From assembly GCA_030040775.1 (NCBI GenBank), contig JASHTB010000009.1, positions 29,545 to 93,544 on the forward strand: 64,000 bases of DNA, written 5' to 3'. Both the position numbers and the translations under genes were made by a program. The DNA is from Thermoplasmata archaeon. Its GTDB lineage: Archaea > Thermoplasmatota > Thermoplasmata > Lutacidiplasmatales > UBA184. Under the pieces are notes generated by a model. The model was not told where the DNA came from and did no database searches. It was given only the letters and a program-made list of their open reading frames with translations. Shown piece after piece: positions 62,842-64,000 of the stretch (position 1 is its first letter; the number at the start of each line of letters is the position of its first letter).

Positions 62842-64000
62842 CGAGAACAGCCGTCCGAGCCCTTCGCTCATCCCGTCGAATCCGTCCACCTCGGTCGCCC
62901 CAGCTGCGACGAGGTCGCGCCAGGCGACTTCCCCCCGTCCGTCGCAGAAGTCCCGTTCTTGGATCGGAGGAGTCCGGAAGAGAAACGTCGGAACGCGAGG
63001 GACGAACGGTCGCACGTCCTCGAGGTTCGCGAGGTTGGACGGCCCGACCGCGAAGGGGGCGACGACGATGGCCCGGGCGGCTTCGAGAAGGAGACGGTTC
63101 TGGCTGCGCGCCTTCGGACCGATCGGCGCGAACGGACTCTCGAGGGCGGTAGGGAGTGCGAGGGAGGCGGCGGTCTCCTGGTCGGAGTCCAAAAGGTGGA
63201 GGACCCCGGCGGTGAGGCGATAGCCCTCGTCCGCGAGCGCACGGAGGATGGGCGTGGCGGCCCCTCCTCCCCCGACGACGTGGACCGGGCCCACGAACGG
63301 CGAGGTCGGTGAGCGTGGCCGGTCGACCGAGAGCTCTCGAGGGACGAGGTAGGGAAGACCGGTGCGCCGGTCGAGTTCTAGGTCGGCGACGACCCCCCAA
63401 ACCCGGGCGAGCAGCTCTTCGGAAAGGACTCCCGAAGGTGTTCCATCCGCGACCCGGCGTCCGTGGGAGAGAACGACGATCCGATCCGCGAAGCGAGCGG
63501 CGAGGTTGAGGTCGTGCAGGGCCGCGACGACCGCGACCCGGCGGGTCCGGGAGAGCGAGCGGACCCGATCCAGTAGGTCGAGCTGATGACCGATGTCGAG
63601 GTGGGTCGTCGGCTCGTCCAGCAAGAGGAGCGGGGTCGACTGGGCGAGGGCTCGTGCCAGGATTGCCCGCTGTCGCTCACCGCCGCTGAGAGAGAGGACA
63701 CCGTCCTCGGACCTATCGGCGAGACCTACCTCCTTCAGGACCCGTCGCACGACCGCGTGGTCCTCTTGCGTCTCGGCGTCCAGGGGGCCGTGAAACGGAA
63801 AACGGCCGTAGAGCACGTAGTCGTAAAGGCGGACGTTGTCGCGCGGGCTCTCGGTCTGGGGCACCCAAGCGACCTTGAGCGCCCGCTCCCTCGCGGAAAG
63901 GTCCGCCGTAGGCCGGCCGAACAGCTCGATCGAACCCTGAGCCGGATCATGGAAGCCGAGGACGGCTCTCAGGACGGTCGTCTTCCCCGAGCCGTTCGGA
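62794..64000 (-). CDS. ABC transporter ATP-binding protein (FepC/BtuD-like), 5'-truncated by window edge, with ~170-aa C-terminal extension
   Basis: Reverse-strand frame is open to the window end and encodes Walker A GPNGSGKTT (63975-63949), Q-loop, signature LSGGERQR, Walker B LLLLDEPTTHLD, H-loop AALHDLN. After the ATPase core comes an extra domain (PVHVVGGGGAATPILRALADEGYRL...) before the stop at 62794. Confidence 0.75.
   Translation of the reverse strand, partial: PNGSGKTTVLRAVLGFHDPAQGSIELFGRPTADLSARERALKVAWVPQTESPRDNVRLYDYVLYGRFPFHGPLDAETQEDHAVVRRVLKEVGLADRSEDGVLSLSGGERQRAILARALAQSTPLLLLDEPTTHLDIGHQLDLLDRVRSLSRTRRVAVVAALHDLNLAARFADRIVVLSHGRRVADGTPSGVLSEELLARVWGVVADLELDRRTGLPYLVPRELSVDRPRSPTSPFVGPVHVVGGGGAATPILRALADEGYRLTAGVLHLLDSDQETAASLALPTALESPFAPIGPKARSQNRLLLEAARAIVVAPFAVGPSNLANLEDVRPFVPRVPTFLFRTPPIQERDFCDGRGEVAWRDLVAAGATEVDGFDGMSEGLGRLFSSPPATPPAARVAPAS

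Noticed and set aside
1-64000. CRISPR arrays, rRNA genes, transposases/IS elements, restriction-modification or other recognisable defence systems
   Set aside because: No spaced direct repeats, no rRNA-like sequence, and no nuclease, methyltransferase or integrase signatures beyond the housekeeping HemK-like and Trm1 methyltransferases.

Overview
This is a very G+C-rich (about two-thirds or more G+C by eye), densely coded 64-kb chromosomal segment of an archaeon. The archaeal assignment rests on a family-B DNA polymerase, aEF-2, ribosomal proteins S8e/S12/S7/L37Ae, SRP19, RpoP, proteasome alpha, SBDS and the Rrp4/Rrp41/Rrp42 exosome core. The metabolic genes are most compatible with an aerobic, Thermoplasmatota-like organism, but that lineage call is an inference. 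These genes are: heme A and heme O synthases, a two-subunit 2-oxoacid:ferredoxin oxidoreductase, an MDR-type glucose dehydrogenase next to a DapA-family (KDG-type) aldolase, ADP-forming acetyl-CoA synthetase, and molybdopterin genes. I can support about 70 CDS and one tRNA-Pro(GGG). I found no rRNA, no CRISPR array, no transposase or integrase, and no recognisable defence genes.

Genes are often translationally coupled by 4-nt NTGA start/stop overlaps. First genes of operons sit about 25-35 nt downstream of A/T-rich TATA-like boxes (leaderless or short-leader), while some internal genes carry strong Shine-Dalgarno sites. Many long ORFs in the supplied six-frame track are antisense or out-of-frame artefacts of the high G+C and were not called.

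Items most worth follow-up:
- (1) A membrane-protein island (18.1-23.9 kb): an uncharacterised 13-TM GT-C-like protein divergently paired with a Wzx-type MOP flippase, plus DedA and small membrane proteins. It may be an undescribed lipid-linked glycan transfer and carrier-recycling module.
- (2) Two housekeeping genes (rnhB, trm1) whose conserved N-terminal motifs lie upstream of any AUG/GUG/UUG, implying AUC/CUG initiation or sequence errors.
- (3) An array of three CTACTAC-containing palindromes between the convergent fusA and ogt 3' ends.
- (4) A complete exosome superoperon (psmA-sbds-rrp4-rrp41-rrp42-rpl37ae-rpoP) extended by an aRNase J-like gene, radB and ogt. The 44-aa RpoP gene is missing from the ORF track.
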